NCBI GenBank assembly: GCA_963663895.2
Contig: CAXXRD010000002.1
Span: 96,001 to 160,000 of the forward strand
Length of the DNA: 64,000 nucleotides
Reading direction: 5' to 3'
From: Dehalococcoidia bacterium
GTDB lineage: Bacteria; Chloroflexota; Dehalococcoidia; Bin125
In this document: positions 49,688 through 59,758 of the stretch, piece by piece
How positions within the stretch are numbered: the stretch's first letter is position 1
How the letters are laid out: the number at the start of each line of letters is the position of its first letter
The notes under the pieces: model-generated
What the model was told of the DNA's origin: nothing
The model's database searches: none
Seen by the model: only the letters and a program-made list of their open reading frames with translations
Program-made: the position numbers and the translations under genes

Positions 49688-50932
49688 TCAGGCGCGCATT
49701 GCGATCGAGGGGCGCGGCAGTCGCATCGCCACGAAGAACAGTAGCACCGAAAGACCGAAGCTGCAGATAAACATCGCCAGAGCCCAGTCATAGTCATCCG
49801 TCGCATCGAAGATGAGGCCGGCGGCGAAGGGGCCCAACAGCTGGAAGAAGGTCCGCATAACCGTCACCACCCCCGCGATCGTCGCGAAGTGGCGCAGCCC
49901 GAAGGCGCGCGTCAGCGAGAGCGGCTCCAGCATGAAAGGCCCAACGTTGGACCAGGCCCAGAGCACTATGAAGGGCGCCACGCCCATCAGCCCCGGTCCG
50001 GCCAGCAACGACACCATCGCGAGGCCGCCGAGGCCCGCCATCACCATTGCCAGGAACTCGAAACTCGGCGTCCGATCGACGATCCAGCCGCCCGCGAGCC
50101 TGGTGATCACGCCCGCCCCCACCGTGATCACGACCAGTAAGACGGCGAGGCTATTGCTCGCGCCCTCCGACTGATAGTACGGCACGGCGTGAACCACCCA
50201 GCCGAAGGCGCCAAAGAAGAAGAGACCGATCGCGAACGTCAGCGTCCAAAACAACGGCGTCCGCATCGCGCTCTGCAGGGAGACCCCGGCCAACACCGTG
50301 CGCTCGACTTGCAGTGGCGCTGGCTCGCCATCCACCAGCGCCCCCACGTCGGCGGGGGCATCCCGGATGACGAAGAGCACCAACGGCAGCATCCAGGCGC
50401 CCTGCAGGGCGCCGGAGAAGATGAAGGCGCCCTGCCAACCGAAGGCGTCGATCATGACTTGCACGATTGGGACCACCACGATCCCACCGCAAGAGATCCC
50501 CACGCCCAGCAAGCCGATCGCCATACCGCGGCGCCGATCGAACCAACGGGAGGCGAGCGCTTGGAAAGGAATAAAGTAGGCCAGCGCGATGCCCACGCCC
50601 AAGAGGCCGTTGTAGAAGAGCCACTGCCAGAGTGCGTCCGTAGTGCTCAGTAGCAAAAATCCGCCGAGGCTGACCAGGACGCCGACGCCGATCACCTCGC
50701 GTGGCCCGCGGATATCCGTCCAGCGTCCGATGAAAGGCGATGCCACGCCGCCCGTCAGCGCCGCCATCGACGGGCCCAAGGCCACCGCCGCCCGGGACCA
50801 GCCAAACTGATTTTCTAACGGCTCCACGTAGAGCGTGATCGACCAGATTGCGATCCCGCTCATGATCGCGACCGCCACCATCCCCGTCGCGATCAGCCAC
50901 CAGCCGTAGAACACGCGGCGCTCGCCGCGCAC
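49688..50932 (-). CDS. MFS transporter
   Basis: FYGWW, GRWTDIRGPR, RWFDRRRG, multiple TM segments. Confidence 0.9.
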   Translation of the reverse strand: MRGERRVFYGWWLIATGMVAVAIMSGIAIWSITLYVEPLENQFGWSRAAVALGPSMAALTGGVASPFIGRWTDIRGPREVIGVGVLVSLGGFLLLSTTDALWQWLFYNGLLGVGIALAYFIPFQALASRWFDRRRGMAIGLLGVGISCGGIVVVPIVQVMIDAFGWQGAFIFSGALQGAWMLPLVLFVIRDAPADVGALVDGEPAPLQVERTVLAGVSLQSAMRTPLFWTLTFAIGLFFFGAFGWVVHAVPYYQSEGASNSLAVLLVVITVGAGVITRLAGGWIVDRTPSFEFLAMVMAGLGGLAMVSLLAGPGLMGVAPFIVLWAWSNVGPFMLEPLSLTRAFGLRHFATIAGVVTVMRTFFQLLGPFAAGLIFDATDDYDWALAMFICSFGLSVLLFFVAMRLPRPSIAMRA

Positions 50933-51076
50933 AACCGCGAGAAGGGACGAGAGAAAGGACAGCGGCGGCTCCCTGACCGCGCCCGGCGTTTACCCGCGCG
51001 CGATGCTCGGGACGGTGGCGCGGACGCCACTATAGAATCGCGGCACCCTCGCAGCCGTGAAGGGGGACACAGGCGT

Positions 51077-51583
51077 ATGACGGACACGCGCATCGAAGTG
51101 GTGCAAGGCGACATCACCGAGCAGGAGGTAGATGCGATCGTCAATGCGGCCAATAATCACCTGTGGATGGGCGCGGGAGTCGCGGGGGCGATCGTGCGGC
51201 GCGGCGGCCGCGGCATTGAGAACGAGGCGGTCCGGCAAGGGCCGATCAACGTCAGCCAAGCCGTGGTGACCGGTGGGGGAACCTTGCCGGCGAAACACGT
51301 CATTCACGCCGCAGTGATGGGCCAAAACCTCCAGACCGACGGCGACACCATCCGTCAGACCACCATCAACGCCCTCAATCTGGCGGAGAAGCAGGCGCTA
51401 CGATCGGTCGCCTTCCCCGCCTTAGGAACCGGCGTGGGCGGGTTCTCGTTGGACGAGTGCGCGCGCATCATGGTGCAGGCGGTGCGAGAACGCTCCGGCA
51501 CGCCAGCGAGTCTGCCGATCGTGCGCTTCGTCCTCTTCGACGCCGCGGCCTATGCTGCTTTCAAGCAGGTCGCGTCCCTCTAG
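51077..51583 (+). CDS. Macro domain protein (ADP-ribose/O-acetyl-ADP-ribose hydrolase family)
   Basis: GDIT, VNAAN, GAGVAGAI, VIHA, FPALGTGVGG. Confidence 0.92.
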   Translation: MTDTRIEVVQGDITEQEVDAIVNAANNHLWMGAGVAGAIVRRGGRGIENEAVRQGPINVSQAVVTGGGTLPAKHVIHAAVMGQNLQTDGDTIRQTTINALNLAEKQALRSVAFPALGTGVGGFSLDECARIMVQAVRERSGTPASLPIVRFVLFDAAAYAAFKQVASL

Positions 51584-51888
51584 CGGATGCCCTGGCTGGA
51601 TCCGCACCCCACGTGTCGCGTCGCGCCGATCGGCTCGTCGTCCGGCATGCTCCGAGGCGCACGCGTACCGCCCCCATCCGGCGACCGGTACAGGTGGATC
51701 GAGGTTGCTCGTGCGTTACCATTTGCAGGCACTGGACAAGCGGTTCCAGCAGCGCTGCCTGCCGGTAGGTTGGAGCAACACGGTGCAGATCCTCCACCCT
51801 CCGTCGCACCCGGCCGCATCGCCCGCACCCAGGCACGCACCCGCCTGCTGGTGGATCGTACGGGCCGCTTGCTGATTCGGAATCAGGC

Positions 51889-52407
51889 GTGATCCGCAGC
51901 TATAAGGGTAAGACTCCGCGCATTGCGGAAGATGCGTTCGTCAGCGAAGCGGCCTACGTCGTGGGAGATGTCGAGATCGGCGCCGGCTCATCGGTCTGGC
52001 CCGGCGCGGTCGTGCGCGCCGACTTCGCACCGATCCGAATCGGCAGCAACACGCACATCGAGGACAACTCGACGCTGCACCAGGGCGATCCGATCGACGT
52101 CGGTGACAACGTGACGATCGGGCACAACGTCGTCGTGCACTGCCGACGGATCGGCCACGACACGCTGATCGCCAATCACGCCACACTGCTGGATCGCGCG
52201 GAAGTCGGCGCGGGTTGCGTGGTCGCGGCGGGAGCCGTGCTCCGGCCCGACACCAAGGTGCCCGACGGCTCCTTCGTCGCCGGGGTGCCGGCAACGGTGC
52301 GGCCCTTGAGCGAGTCACAGCGGACGCTGGCGCACGACTTCGGCAGCACCTACCGGGAGCTGGCCGACAGCTTCCGTGCCGAGGGACTGGGCGACCCCCT
52401 CCCCTAG
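51889..52407 (+). CDS. Gamma carbonic anhydrase family protein
   Basis: Hexapeptide repeats, VVRAD, TLH, TIGHNVVVH. Confidence 0.88.
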   Translation: MIRSYKGKTPRIAEDAFVSEAAYVVGDVEIGAGSSVWPGAVVRADFAPIRIGSNTHIEDNSTLHQGDPIDVGDNVTIGHNVVVHCRRIGHDTLIANHATLLDRAEVGAGCVVAAGAVLRPDTKVPDGSFVAGVPATVRPLSESQRTLAHDFGSTYRELADSFRAEGLGDPLP

Positions 52408-52450
52408 CAGCCGGCCTTCGCAGCGGCGACGGACCGCTTAGAATCAGACC

Positions 52451-53014
52451 ATGCCGCACTACACGCGCCAAGGGGATGACGGCACCACGACTCTCTTTGG
52501 AGGCGGGCGCGTGCCCAAGCACCATCCCCAGCCGGAAACGCTCGGCGCCATCGATGAAGCGTCGAGTGTCCTGGGCTTGGCGCGCGCACTGGCCGCCGCG
52601 CCCAAGACCAACGCTTTCGTGAAGGAATTTCAGCAGCGCCTCTACCTAATCATGGCGGAGCTGGCGGTGACGGAGGGAAAAGACGTACCGCAGGAGTTCG
52701 TCACCACAGCGGCCGCCACCGATCGCCTGGAAGCGATCGCCGCTGAATTGGAGGCCGCAGTCCCACCGCCCGCAGCGTTCGTGATCCCCGGCGAGACGCC
52801 GGCAGCCGGCGCGCTCGACGTCGCGCGGACGGCTGTCCGGCGCGCCGAGCGCCAGGTGAGCCGCCTGCGCGATTCGGGACACGCCGTGAACCCCGCGATC
52901 CTGCGCTATCTCAACCGCGCCTCGTCGGTCTTGTACGATCTGGCGCGCTACGAGGAGCACCACGCCGGGCAGGCCGCGCCGCGCGCGACGCGGCAAGGTA
53001 CCGTCGACGGTTGA
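52451..53014 (+). CDS. PduO-type cob(I)alamin adenosyltransferase
   Basis: YTRQGDDGTT, RRAER, YLNRAS. Confidence 0.9.
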   Translation: MPHYTRQGDDGTTTLFGGGRVPKHHPQPETLGAIDEASSVLGLARALAAAPKTNAFVKEFQQRLYLIMAELAVTEGKDVPQEFVTTAAATDRLEAIAAELEAAVPPPAAFVIPGETPAAGALDVARTAVRRAERQVSRLRDSGHAVNPAILRYLNRASSVLYDLARYEEHHAGQAAPRATRQGTVDG

Positions 53015-54240
53015 CCTCCACGATGCGCGCCACAACGCTCGCCTATGTCGCGGACGACGGTACGCTCACACTGCGTCCGATCGACGAGCACGGCGTCGAC
53101 GATCCCGTCGGCATCGCAGCGGGCAGCGACCGCGAGCGGCTCGTGGGGCCCACTTGGTCCCCGACCGGCGCGCTTGCCGTAAGCCGTACGGGCCGCGACG
53201 CGGAGAAAGCGCCGACAGGCGAGTTCCAGCTCCACACAGCGCAGCAGCGGAGCGGACGTCTGCTGTTTCGGAACCCTCCCAACGCGCCCACCGTCATGGC
53301 GCCGGGCGTCGCGCACTACGCCGCCTGGTCCCACGACGGGCGCCGCGTCGCGCTGGTCGCACCCGGCGCGGAGCAGTTGCAGCTGTATCTCCTGGAGCCG
53401 AGTCTGGCGGATCCGGAGGTGCCGCCCCGACCGTTGCTCAGCGGCGCCCCGATGTTTTTCGCCTGGTCACCCGACGACCGGCTCTTAGCAATCCACTGCG
53501 GCAATGACTTGCTCTTGATCGACGCCGCGGCCGTCGAAGCAGGAGCCGAACCCGACGAAGCCCGTCACCCCCTCATCTCCGACGTCCCCACCTACCGCGC
53601 GCCCAGCTGGACTGTGGACGGAGCGAGCATCATCTACGCGGCGCCGCGCGCGCAGGCGGGCAACACACTCTGGACGGTACGCCGCGACGGAAGCGACCGT
53701 GGCGCCATCGCCGATCTGGACGGCGTCACCGCGCTCTCGCGCGCACCGGCCCGGGACCTCTTAGCACTCGTGACGCTCAGTCCCGCCGTGGCGGCCGGAC
53801 ATGACCTGCGGCTGTTGGACCTGCAAGCCGAGACCATCGACCCGATCGAGACGGGGCCCGTGACGGCGGCGTTCTGGGCGCCGGACGGGAGCGCGCTCTA
53901 CTACTTCGTGCCCTCCAGCGAGGACGGAGAATACGTGCTGCGCCGGTGGAGGCTGGCTGACCGGTCGAGACAGTGGCTGACCCGCTTCCGTCCCAGCGCG
54001 CACTTCCTGACGCTCCTGAGCTTCTACGACCAGTACGCACACTCACACCACCTGCTATCGCCGGACGGACGCTGGCTGACGCTAGGAGGCATCGTCCCGA
54101 GTAACGGCGCCGGCGGACGGTTGGGATTCGCGACACAGCCCGGCTGTTACATCCTACCGACGGACGGATCCGGGCCTCCGCAACGCATCGCGGCCGCAGA
54201 GATCGGCTTCTTCAGCCCCGTGCCCGGACTGCTAGGCTAA
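53011..54240 (+). CDS. TolB/PD40-like beta-propeller protein
   Basis: Repeated WSPxG/WSHDG/WAPDG/LSPDG motifs. Confidence 0.75.
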   Translation: MTSTMRATTLAYVADDGTLTLRPIDEHGVDDPVGIAAGSDRERLVGPTWSPTGALAVSRTGRDAEKAPTGEFQLHTAQQRSGRLLFRNPPNAPTVMAPGVAHYAAWSHDGRRVALVAPGAEQLQLYLLEPSLADPEVPPRPLLSGAPMFFAWSPDDRLLAIHCGNDLLLIDAAAVEAGAEPDEARHPLISDVPTYRAPSWTVDGASIIYAAPRAQAGNTLWTVRRDGSDRGAIADLDGVTALSRAPARDLLALVTLSPAVAAGHDLRLLDLQAETIDPIETGPVTAAFWAPDGSALYYFVPSSEDGEYVLRRWRLADRSRQWLTRFRPSAHFLTLLSFYDQYAHSHHLLSPDGRWLTLGGIVPSNGAGGRLGFATQPGCYILPTDGSGPPQRIAAAEIGFFSPVPGLLG

Positions 54241-54257
54241 GGCCGACGAGGAAGATC

Positions 54258-54692
54258 ATGTCCTGTGAGGAGGCATCCGCGCGGACGCTGCGCGAGCGCG
54301 GCTTCCGGTTGACGCCGCAGCGTCGCCTGATCCTGGCGGCGCTGCGACACGCGAACGGACACAGCAGCGCGCAAGAGATCCACGACGCGGTCCAAGCCGA
54401 ATATCCAGATGTTGACGCCAGCACGGTCTACCGCACCCTCACCGCGCTCCGCGACGCCGGGCTCGTCAGCGAGACGGACCTCGGCGGCGGCGAGGCCGCA
54501 TTCGAGTGGCTCGCGGCGGAGCGGCACCACCACCTGATCTGTCAGCACTGCGGCGAAGCGACTGCGCTGAACCACCGGTATCTGCAACGGCTCGGCGATG
54601 CCCTACACGCCGATCTCGGGTTCCAGGCCAATCTCGACCACTTCGCCATCTTCGGGACCTGCGCCGCCTGCGCTGGAACTCGCCCGCACTAG
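54258..54692 (+). CDS. Fur-family transcriptional regulator
   Basis: RLTPQR, STVYRTL, HHHLICQHC, CAAC. Confidence 0.92.
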   Translation: MSCEEASARTLRERGFRLTPQRRLILAALRHANGHSSAQEIHDAVQAEYPDVDASTVYRTLTALRDAGLVSETDLGGGEAAFEWLAAERHHHLICQHCGEATALNHRYLQRLGDALHADLGFQANLDHFAIFGTCAACAGTRPH

Positions 54693-54741
54693 CCCACAGC
54701 CGCTGCGAGCGCCGTCGACGAACACGCGCGTTGGCGTTACC

Positions 54742-55815
54742 TTGCGCACTCATCAATCCGCTCAGGAGTGCATCATCGCCGCGCCAATCCCCGCCGTCTT
54801 CCAGCGTTATCAGGCCGCCTACATCGACGAGATGCAGGCGCTGCTCGCCGCGCGCCAACTGCCGATCTACGACATGATTCGCTACCACCTGGGCTGGCAG
54901 GAAGCCAACGGGCAGCCTCGTCACGCAGGAGGAGGCAAGGGGATGCGCCCAGCACTCTGCCTGCTAACCGCGGACGCCCTGGACGGATCACCGGGCGCGC
55001 GGGCGCGCGCCTTGCCCGGGGCGGCGGCCGTCGAGTTCGTGCACAACTACAGCTTGGTCCACGACGATATTCAGGACGGTGACGAGCAACGGCACCACCG
55101 GCCGACGGTCTGGGTCCAGTGGGGCATGGGGCAAGGGATCAATGTCGGCGATGCCTTGCGCGAGCTGGCGCAATTAGCGCTGCGTCGCGCGCACGCCGCC
55201 GGCGCAGATGCCGAGACGGTGCTGGTGGCGATAGACGCACTCACGCACGCCGGGCTGGAAATGATCGAGGGACAGTACTTGGACCTGACCTTCGAGCAGC
55301 GGACGGAGGTGACGCTGTCCGAATACCTGGACATGATCGAGCGGAAGACCGGCGCCATGATCGGCTGCAGCCTGCAAATCGGGGCGCTCCTGGCAACCGG
55401 AGACCAGGCGCAAGCGGAGGGGCTGCGACGCGCAGGGAGGCGGCTGGGTCTGCTCTTCCAGATTCGCGATGATTACCTGGGGATCTGGGGAGATAGCGCG
55501 CGCACGGGGAAACCCAGCGATAACGACATCCGGCGCCGCAAGAAGTCGCTACCGGTCGTCTACACTTTCGCCAATGCGACCGCTCCGGATCGAACGGCGA
55601 TCGAGCGAGCCTACAGCCAGCGGGAACTCTCCCAGGCGGATGTGGCGACCGTGATGCGCATTGCCGCCGAGACGAACGCCGCCGAGGCAACGATCCGGCT
55701 TGCGCACCAGCAATACGATGCCTTCCTGACGGAGTTGGAGGGCTGCGGGGTACCGGCACCGGGCCGCGTCGAGCTTGTGGAGGTCGCGGATTTCTTGCTG
55801 GGCCGCGATCATTGA
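54742..55815 (+). CDS. Short-chain trans-polyprenyl (FPP/GGPP) synthase; start uncertain
   Basis: GGKGMRP, HDDIQD, GQYLD, KTG, FQIRDDYLG. Confidence 0.9.
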   Translation: MRTHQSAQECIIAAPIPAVFQRYQAAYIDEMQALLAARQLPIYDMIRYHLGWQEANGQPRHAGGGKGMRPALCLLTADALDGSPGARARALPGAAAVEFVHNYSLVHDDIQDGDEQRHHRPTVWVQWGMGQGINVGDALRELAQLALRRAHAAGADAETVLVAIDALTHAGLEMIEGQYLDLTFEQRTEVTLSEYLDMIERKTGAMIGCSLQIGALLATGDQAQAEGLRRAGRRLGLLFQIRDDYLGIWGDSARTGKPSDNDIRRRKKSLPVVYTFANATAPDRTAIERAYSQRELSQADVATVMRIAAETNAAEATIRLAHQQYDAFLTELEGCGVPAPGRVELVEVADFLLGRDH

Positions 55816-55894
55816 GCGCGCGCGTGATGACGATGCGTTTCTGTCCATGCATTGATCATGAGGCCGCGACGCCGCGGCCAGCATGAGGAGACAC

Positions 55895-57814
55895 GTGACG
55901 ACCACCGCTCCCCCATTCATCGATTCAGCACGGCTCAGCGACACCATCGCGCGGGCGCGCGACTGGCTCCTTCACGATCAGGAGGAGGCAGGGTACTGGT
56001 GGGGCGAATTGGAGGCCAACGCCTCGATCACAGCGGAGTATCTGCTGATCACCCACCACCTCGGCATCGGCAATCCCGAGCAGTGGGCGAAGATCGCCCG
56101 CTACCTGCGGCACCACCAACAGCCCCAAGGCTACTGGTCGCAGTGGTGGGGCGGGCCGGGGGAGCTGAGCACGTCGATCGAGGTGTACTTCGCGCTCAAG
56201 CTCGCGGGCGAGGATCCATCGGCACCGCATATGGTGCGCGCCCGCGACTGGATCCTGGAACAGGGCGGCATCGCCCAGGCGCGCGTCTTCACCAAGATGT
56301 GGCTGGCGCTGTTCGATCAATTCGATTGGGACCAACTGCCCATCGTGCCCACCTGGATCAACCTGCTGCCCAGCTGGGGCCCGCTCAATGTCTATGAGCT
56401 GGCCTCGTGGTCGCGCGCCACGGTCGTGGGCCTCACGGTCGTGTTCGCATCGCGTCCCATGGCGGCGCTGCCGGCAGGGGCGGGGGTATCGGAGCTGTGG
56501 CGGCACCCCAACGAACGGCAACAGTTCGCTGTCGGGGCTCCGCGCAACCCGTTTTCTTGGGCGGGCATTTTCTACACCCTGGAAAAGGGGCTGCGCTTCC
56601 TGGAGCGCCACCACATCCGGCCGTTCCACCGGCGCGGGCTGAAGAAAGCGGAGCGGTGGCTGCTGGACCGGCAGGAGGCGGACGGCAGTTGGGGTGGAAT
56701 CCAGCCGCCGTGGGTCGTAGCGATCCTAGCGCTGCGGGTATTGGGCTACCCGCTGGATCACCCGGTCATCCAAAAGGCGCTGCATGGGTTCGAGTCGTTC
56801 ACACGCGAAGAGGACGGCATGCTCTGGACGGAGCCCTGCCTCTCCCCGGTCTGGGACACGGGCCTGGCCGCGATGGCCCTCCTCGACGCCGGCCTTCCGC
56901 GCGACCATCCCGCGTTGGTCCGTGCCGGTGAATGGCTGCTACGCGAGCAGGTGCTCGCAGGAGGCGATTGGCAGGTCAAGAATCCCGACACGCCCCCCGG
57001 CGGCTGGGCCTTCGAATTCGAGAATGATGTGTACCCCGACATCGACGACAGCGCCGTGGTGCTCATAGCGCTGGATGGAATCGCGCTGCCGGACGCGGCC
57101 GCCAAGCGGCGGGCGATCGATCGGGGCCTGCAGTGGACGCTGTCGATGCAGTGCCAAGAGGGAGGATGGGGTGCGTTCGACGTCGACAACACCAGGTACC
57201 TGCTCAGGCAGATCCCGTTCGCCGATTTCGGCGAGATGCTGGACCCGCCCACCGCGGATGTGACCGCACACGTCTTGGAGATCCTGGGACGACTAGGGTA
57301 CACCCCGGAGTTTCAGCCAGCGCGGCGCGGCCTGCGCTTCCTCTACGAACTGCAAGAGCCAGACGGCTCTTGGTGGGGGCGCTGGGGCGTCAATTACATC
57401 TACGGCTTAGGGGCGGTGCTGCCGGCGCTGGCGGCGCTGGGCGAGCCCCTGGACACGCCCCAGGTGCGGCGCGCGGTGCAGTGGTTGGACGCGCACCAGC
57501 AAGCCGACGGCGGCTGGGGCGAGGGCTGCGAAAGCTATGCCGAGCCGAGCCTCCGAGGTGCCGGACCGTCCACGCCGTCTCAGACCGCCTGGGCGCTCAT
57601 GGCGTTGATCGCGGCCGACGAGATCGAGTCGGATATGGTGGCGCGAGGCATCCACTACCTCATCGCGCGACAGCGTCCGGACGGCACCTGGGACGAACCG
57701 GAGTTCACTGGCACCGGCTTCCCGACCGATTTCATGATCAATTACCACCTGTACCGTCACTACTTTCCCTTGATGGCCTTGGGGCGCTACGTCCACGCCC
57801 TCCAAGAGCACTAG
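55895..57814 (+). CDS. shc: Squalene-hopene cyclase
   Basis: QW repeats (QEADGSW, QEPDGSW, QRPDGTW), SPVWDT, YPDIDDSA (DxDD), GRWGVNYIYG, GTGFP. Confidence 0.95.
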   Translation: MTTTAPPFIDSARLSDTIARARDWLLHDQEEAGYWWGELEANASITAEYLLITHHLGIGNPEQWAKIARYLRHHQQPQGYWSQWWGGPGELSTSIEVYFALKLAGEDPSAPHMVRARDWILEQGGIAQARVFTKMWLALFDQFDWDQLPIVPTWINLLPSWGPLNVYELASWSRATVVGLTVVFASRPMAALPAGAGVSELWRHPNERQQFAVGAPRNPFSWAGIFYTLEKGLRFLERHHIRPFHRRGLKKAERWLLDRQEADGSWGGIQPPWVVAILALRVLGYPLDHPVIQKALHGFESFTREEDGMLWTEPCLSPVWDTGLAAMALLDAGLPRDHPALVRAGEWLLREQVLAGGDWQVKNPDTPPGGWAFEFENDVYPDIDDSAVVLIALDGIALPDAAAKRRAIDRGLQWTLSMQCQEGGWGAFDVDNTRYLLRQIPFADFGEMLDPPTADVTAHVLEILGRLGYTPEFQPARRGLRFLYELQEPDGSWWGRWGVNYIYGLGAVLPALAALGEPLDTPQVRRAVQWLDAHQQADGGWGEGCESYAEPSLRGAGPSTPSQTAWALMALIAADEIESDMVARGIHYLIARQRPDGTWDEPEFTGTGFPTDFMINYHLYRHYFPLMALGRYVHALQEH

Positions 57815-57877
57815 CGGTCCGCCACCACCGATCCGGATCACCCATCGCCTACAATCACTCGCGACGAGGGCTGCACC

Positions 57878-58807
57878 GTGGTCGCAACTGAAGCCGACAC
57901 CACGTCCGACCCGATCCAAGCCGGATACGCCCTGCGCAATCGCGACGGCCGGCCACTGGACCAGCGCGCGGCGCTGGCTTGGTGCGAGCGCTACGCCAAG
58001 CGACAGTACGAGAACTTCACCGTGGTGTCGTGGTTCCTGCCAAAGCAACGGCGCGCCGCGATGTACGGTCTGTACGCCTTCTGCCGCTTCACGGACGACC
58101 TCGGGGACGAGGCGCGCGGCGACCGCCTGGCACTCCTCGACGAGTGGGAACGCGACCTGGAGCGGGGCTTCGCCGGGGAAGGGCGCCACCCGATCATGGT
58201 GGCGCTGGGAATGATCGCGCAGCAGCGCCCGCTCTCCATCGATTCCTGCCGACGCCTGATCGAGGCGAACCGCCGCGACCAGCGGCAGACGCGCTACGAG
58301 ACCTTTCAGGACGTGCTGGAGTACTGCGAATACTCCGCCAACCCGGTGGGCCACATGGTGCTGTCGCTCTTCGACCACACGGATGAAGAGCGCCGCGCCT
58401 TCTCCGACGCCACCTGCACGGCGCTACAGCTGGCCAATCACTGGCAAGACGTGGCCCGGGACTACGCGATCGGACGACTGTATCTGCCAGGCGAGGACTT
58501 GCGTCACTTCGGAGTGAGCGAAGCGCAGATCGCCGAAGGCCGCTGCGACGACAATTTCCGCGCGCTGATGCGCTTCGAAGTGGACCGCGCCGAGACGCTG
58601 TTCCGCCGGGGGATGGGACTGGTGCCGCTGGTCGCGAAGGATCTGCGCCTCGACTTGGAGCTGTTCACCGCCGGGGGCCGGGCCGTGCTGCGCGCGATCG
58701 AAGCGCAAGGCTATGACGTCCTCTCCCATCGTCCAACGATCTCGGACTGGCAAAAGGGACGCCTCGCGTTGCACGCCGCAGCGCGGCATTGGATCGGCGG
58801 GCGCTGA
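57878..58807 (+). CDS. hpnC: Hydroxysqualene synthase HpnC
   Basis: YENFTVVS, YAFCRFTDDLGDE, YSANPVG, LQLANHWQDV. Confidence 0.9.
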   Translation: MVATEADTTSDPIQAGYALRNRDGRPLDQRAALAWCERYAKRQYENFTVVSWFLPKQRRAAMYGLYAFCRFTDDLGDEARGDRLALLDEWERDLERGFAGEGRHPIMVALGMIAQQRPLSIDSCRRLIEANRRDQRQTRYETFQDVLEYCEYSANPVGHMVLSLFDHTDEERRAFSDATCTALQLANHWQDVARDYAIGRLYLPGEDLRHFGVSEAQIAEGRCDDNFRALMRFEVDRAETLFRRGMGLVPLVAKDLRLDLELFTAGGRAVLRAIEAQGYDVLSHRPTISDWQKGRLALHAAARHWIGGR

Positions 58808-59757
58808 TGGCAACTGCGGCGCCGCCAGCCAGCCCATCCGAGACCACCGCGCCGTCCCTGGCAGAGGCATTCGATCGCTGCCAGGCCTACACCAAAGCGC
58901 GCGCCAGCAATTTCTACTACGCGTTCCTCTCGCTACCGAAGCCCAAGCGCAGCGCCATCTACGCGACCTACGCCTTCGCCGGCACGGTGGACGACATCGT
59001 CGACGCGGCCGGAGCAGGAGACGAGCAGCGGAAGGCGCTGGCAGAGGCGACCTCGTTATTGGAGGCGGCATACACAAGCGAGGCGCGCGACTGGCTCGGC
59101 CTTGCCCTGAGCAATGCGGTGACCCGTTATGCGATCCCGAAACCGTACTTCCTCGACCTGATCGCGGGCATGGAACAAGACGTACGGCAAGACCGCTACG
59201 AAACCTTCGCCGAGCTGGAGGACTACTGCTACCGCGCGGCCTCCGTGATCGGCCTGATCTGCATCGAGATCTTCGGGTATGACCGGGGGCAGCGGGACAC
59301 GGCGATCGCCGCCGCCATCGACCTGGGCAAGGCGCTGCAGCTTACGAACATCATGCGCGATTTGGTGGAAGACGCAGAACGGGGACGTGTCTATCTCGCC
59401 CAGGAGGACTTGCGCCGCTTCGGCTATAGCGAAGCCGAGCTGCGCGCCGGCATGCAGACCGACGCCTTCCGTGCCCTGATGGCGGAGTACGCGGCGCGCG
59501 CGCGCGGTTTCTACGCCAGCGGCCAACGCCTGATCCCCTTGCTCGACGGACCCCGCAGCCGCATGTGCTGCAACGGGCTGCAAGGCGTGTACCGCAGCCT
59601 GCTGCGCGAGATCGAGCAGCGCGATTACGACGTGTACAGCGAGCGGGTGCGCTTCTCCAAGAGCGCGCTGTTGGCACAGATGCTACGGCTTTGGCTGGCC
59701 GGCGCCCTCCGCAGTCGCCGCCTGCGCCTCCGGCCGCGGAGACGCGCTGCTGAGTAA
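58807..59757 (+). CDS. hpnD: Presqualene diphosphate synthase HpnD
   Basis: SNFYYAF, DDIVD, YCYRAASVIG, LQLTNIMRD. Confidence 0.88.
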   Translation: MATAAPPASPSETTAPSLAEAFDRCQAYTKARASNFYYAFLSLPKPKRSAIYATYAFAGTVDDIVDAAGAGDEQRKALAEATSLLEAAYTSEARDWLGLALSNAVTRYAIPKPYFLDLIAGMEQDVRQDRYETFAELEDYCYRAASVIGLICIEIFGYDRGQRDTAIAAAIDLGKALQLTNIMRDLVEDAERGRVYLAQEDLRRFGYSEAELRAGMQTDAFRALMAEYAARARGFYASGQRLIPLLDGPRSRMCCNGLQGVYRSLLREIEQRDYDVYSERVRFSKSALLAQMLRLWLAGALRSRRLRLRPRRRAAE

Positions 59758-59758
59758 G

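Noticed and set aside
51584-51892. ORF 51587-51892 or a cobalamin riboswitch upstream of the gamma-CA/PduO genes
   Set aside because: No recognisable protein motif in any frame and no B12-box consensus seen; left unassigned
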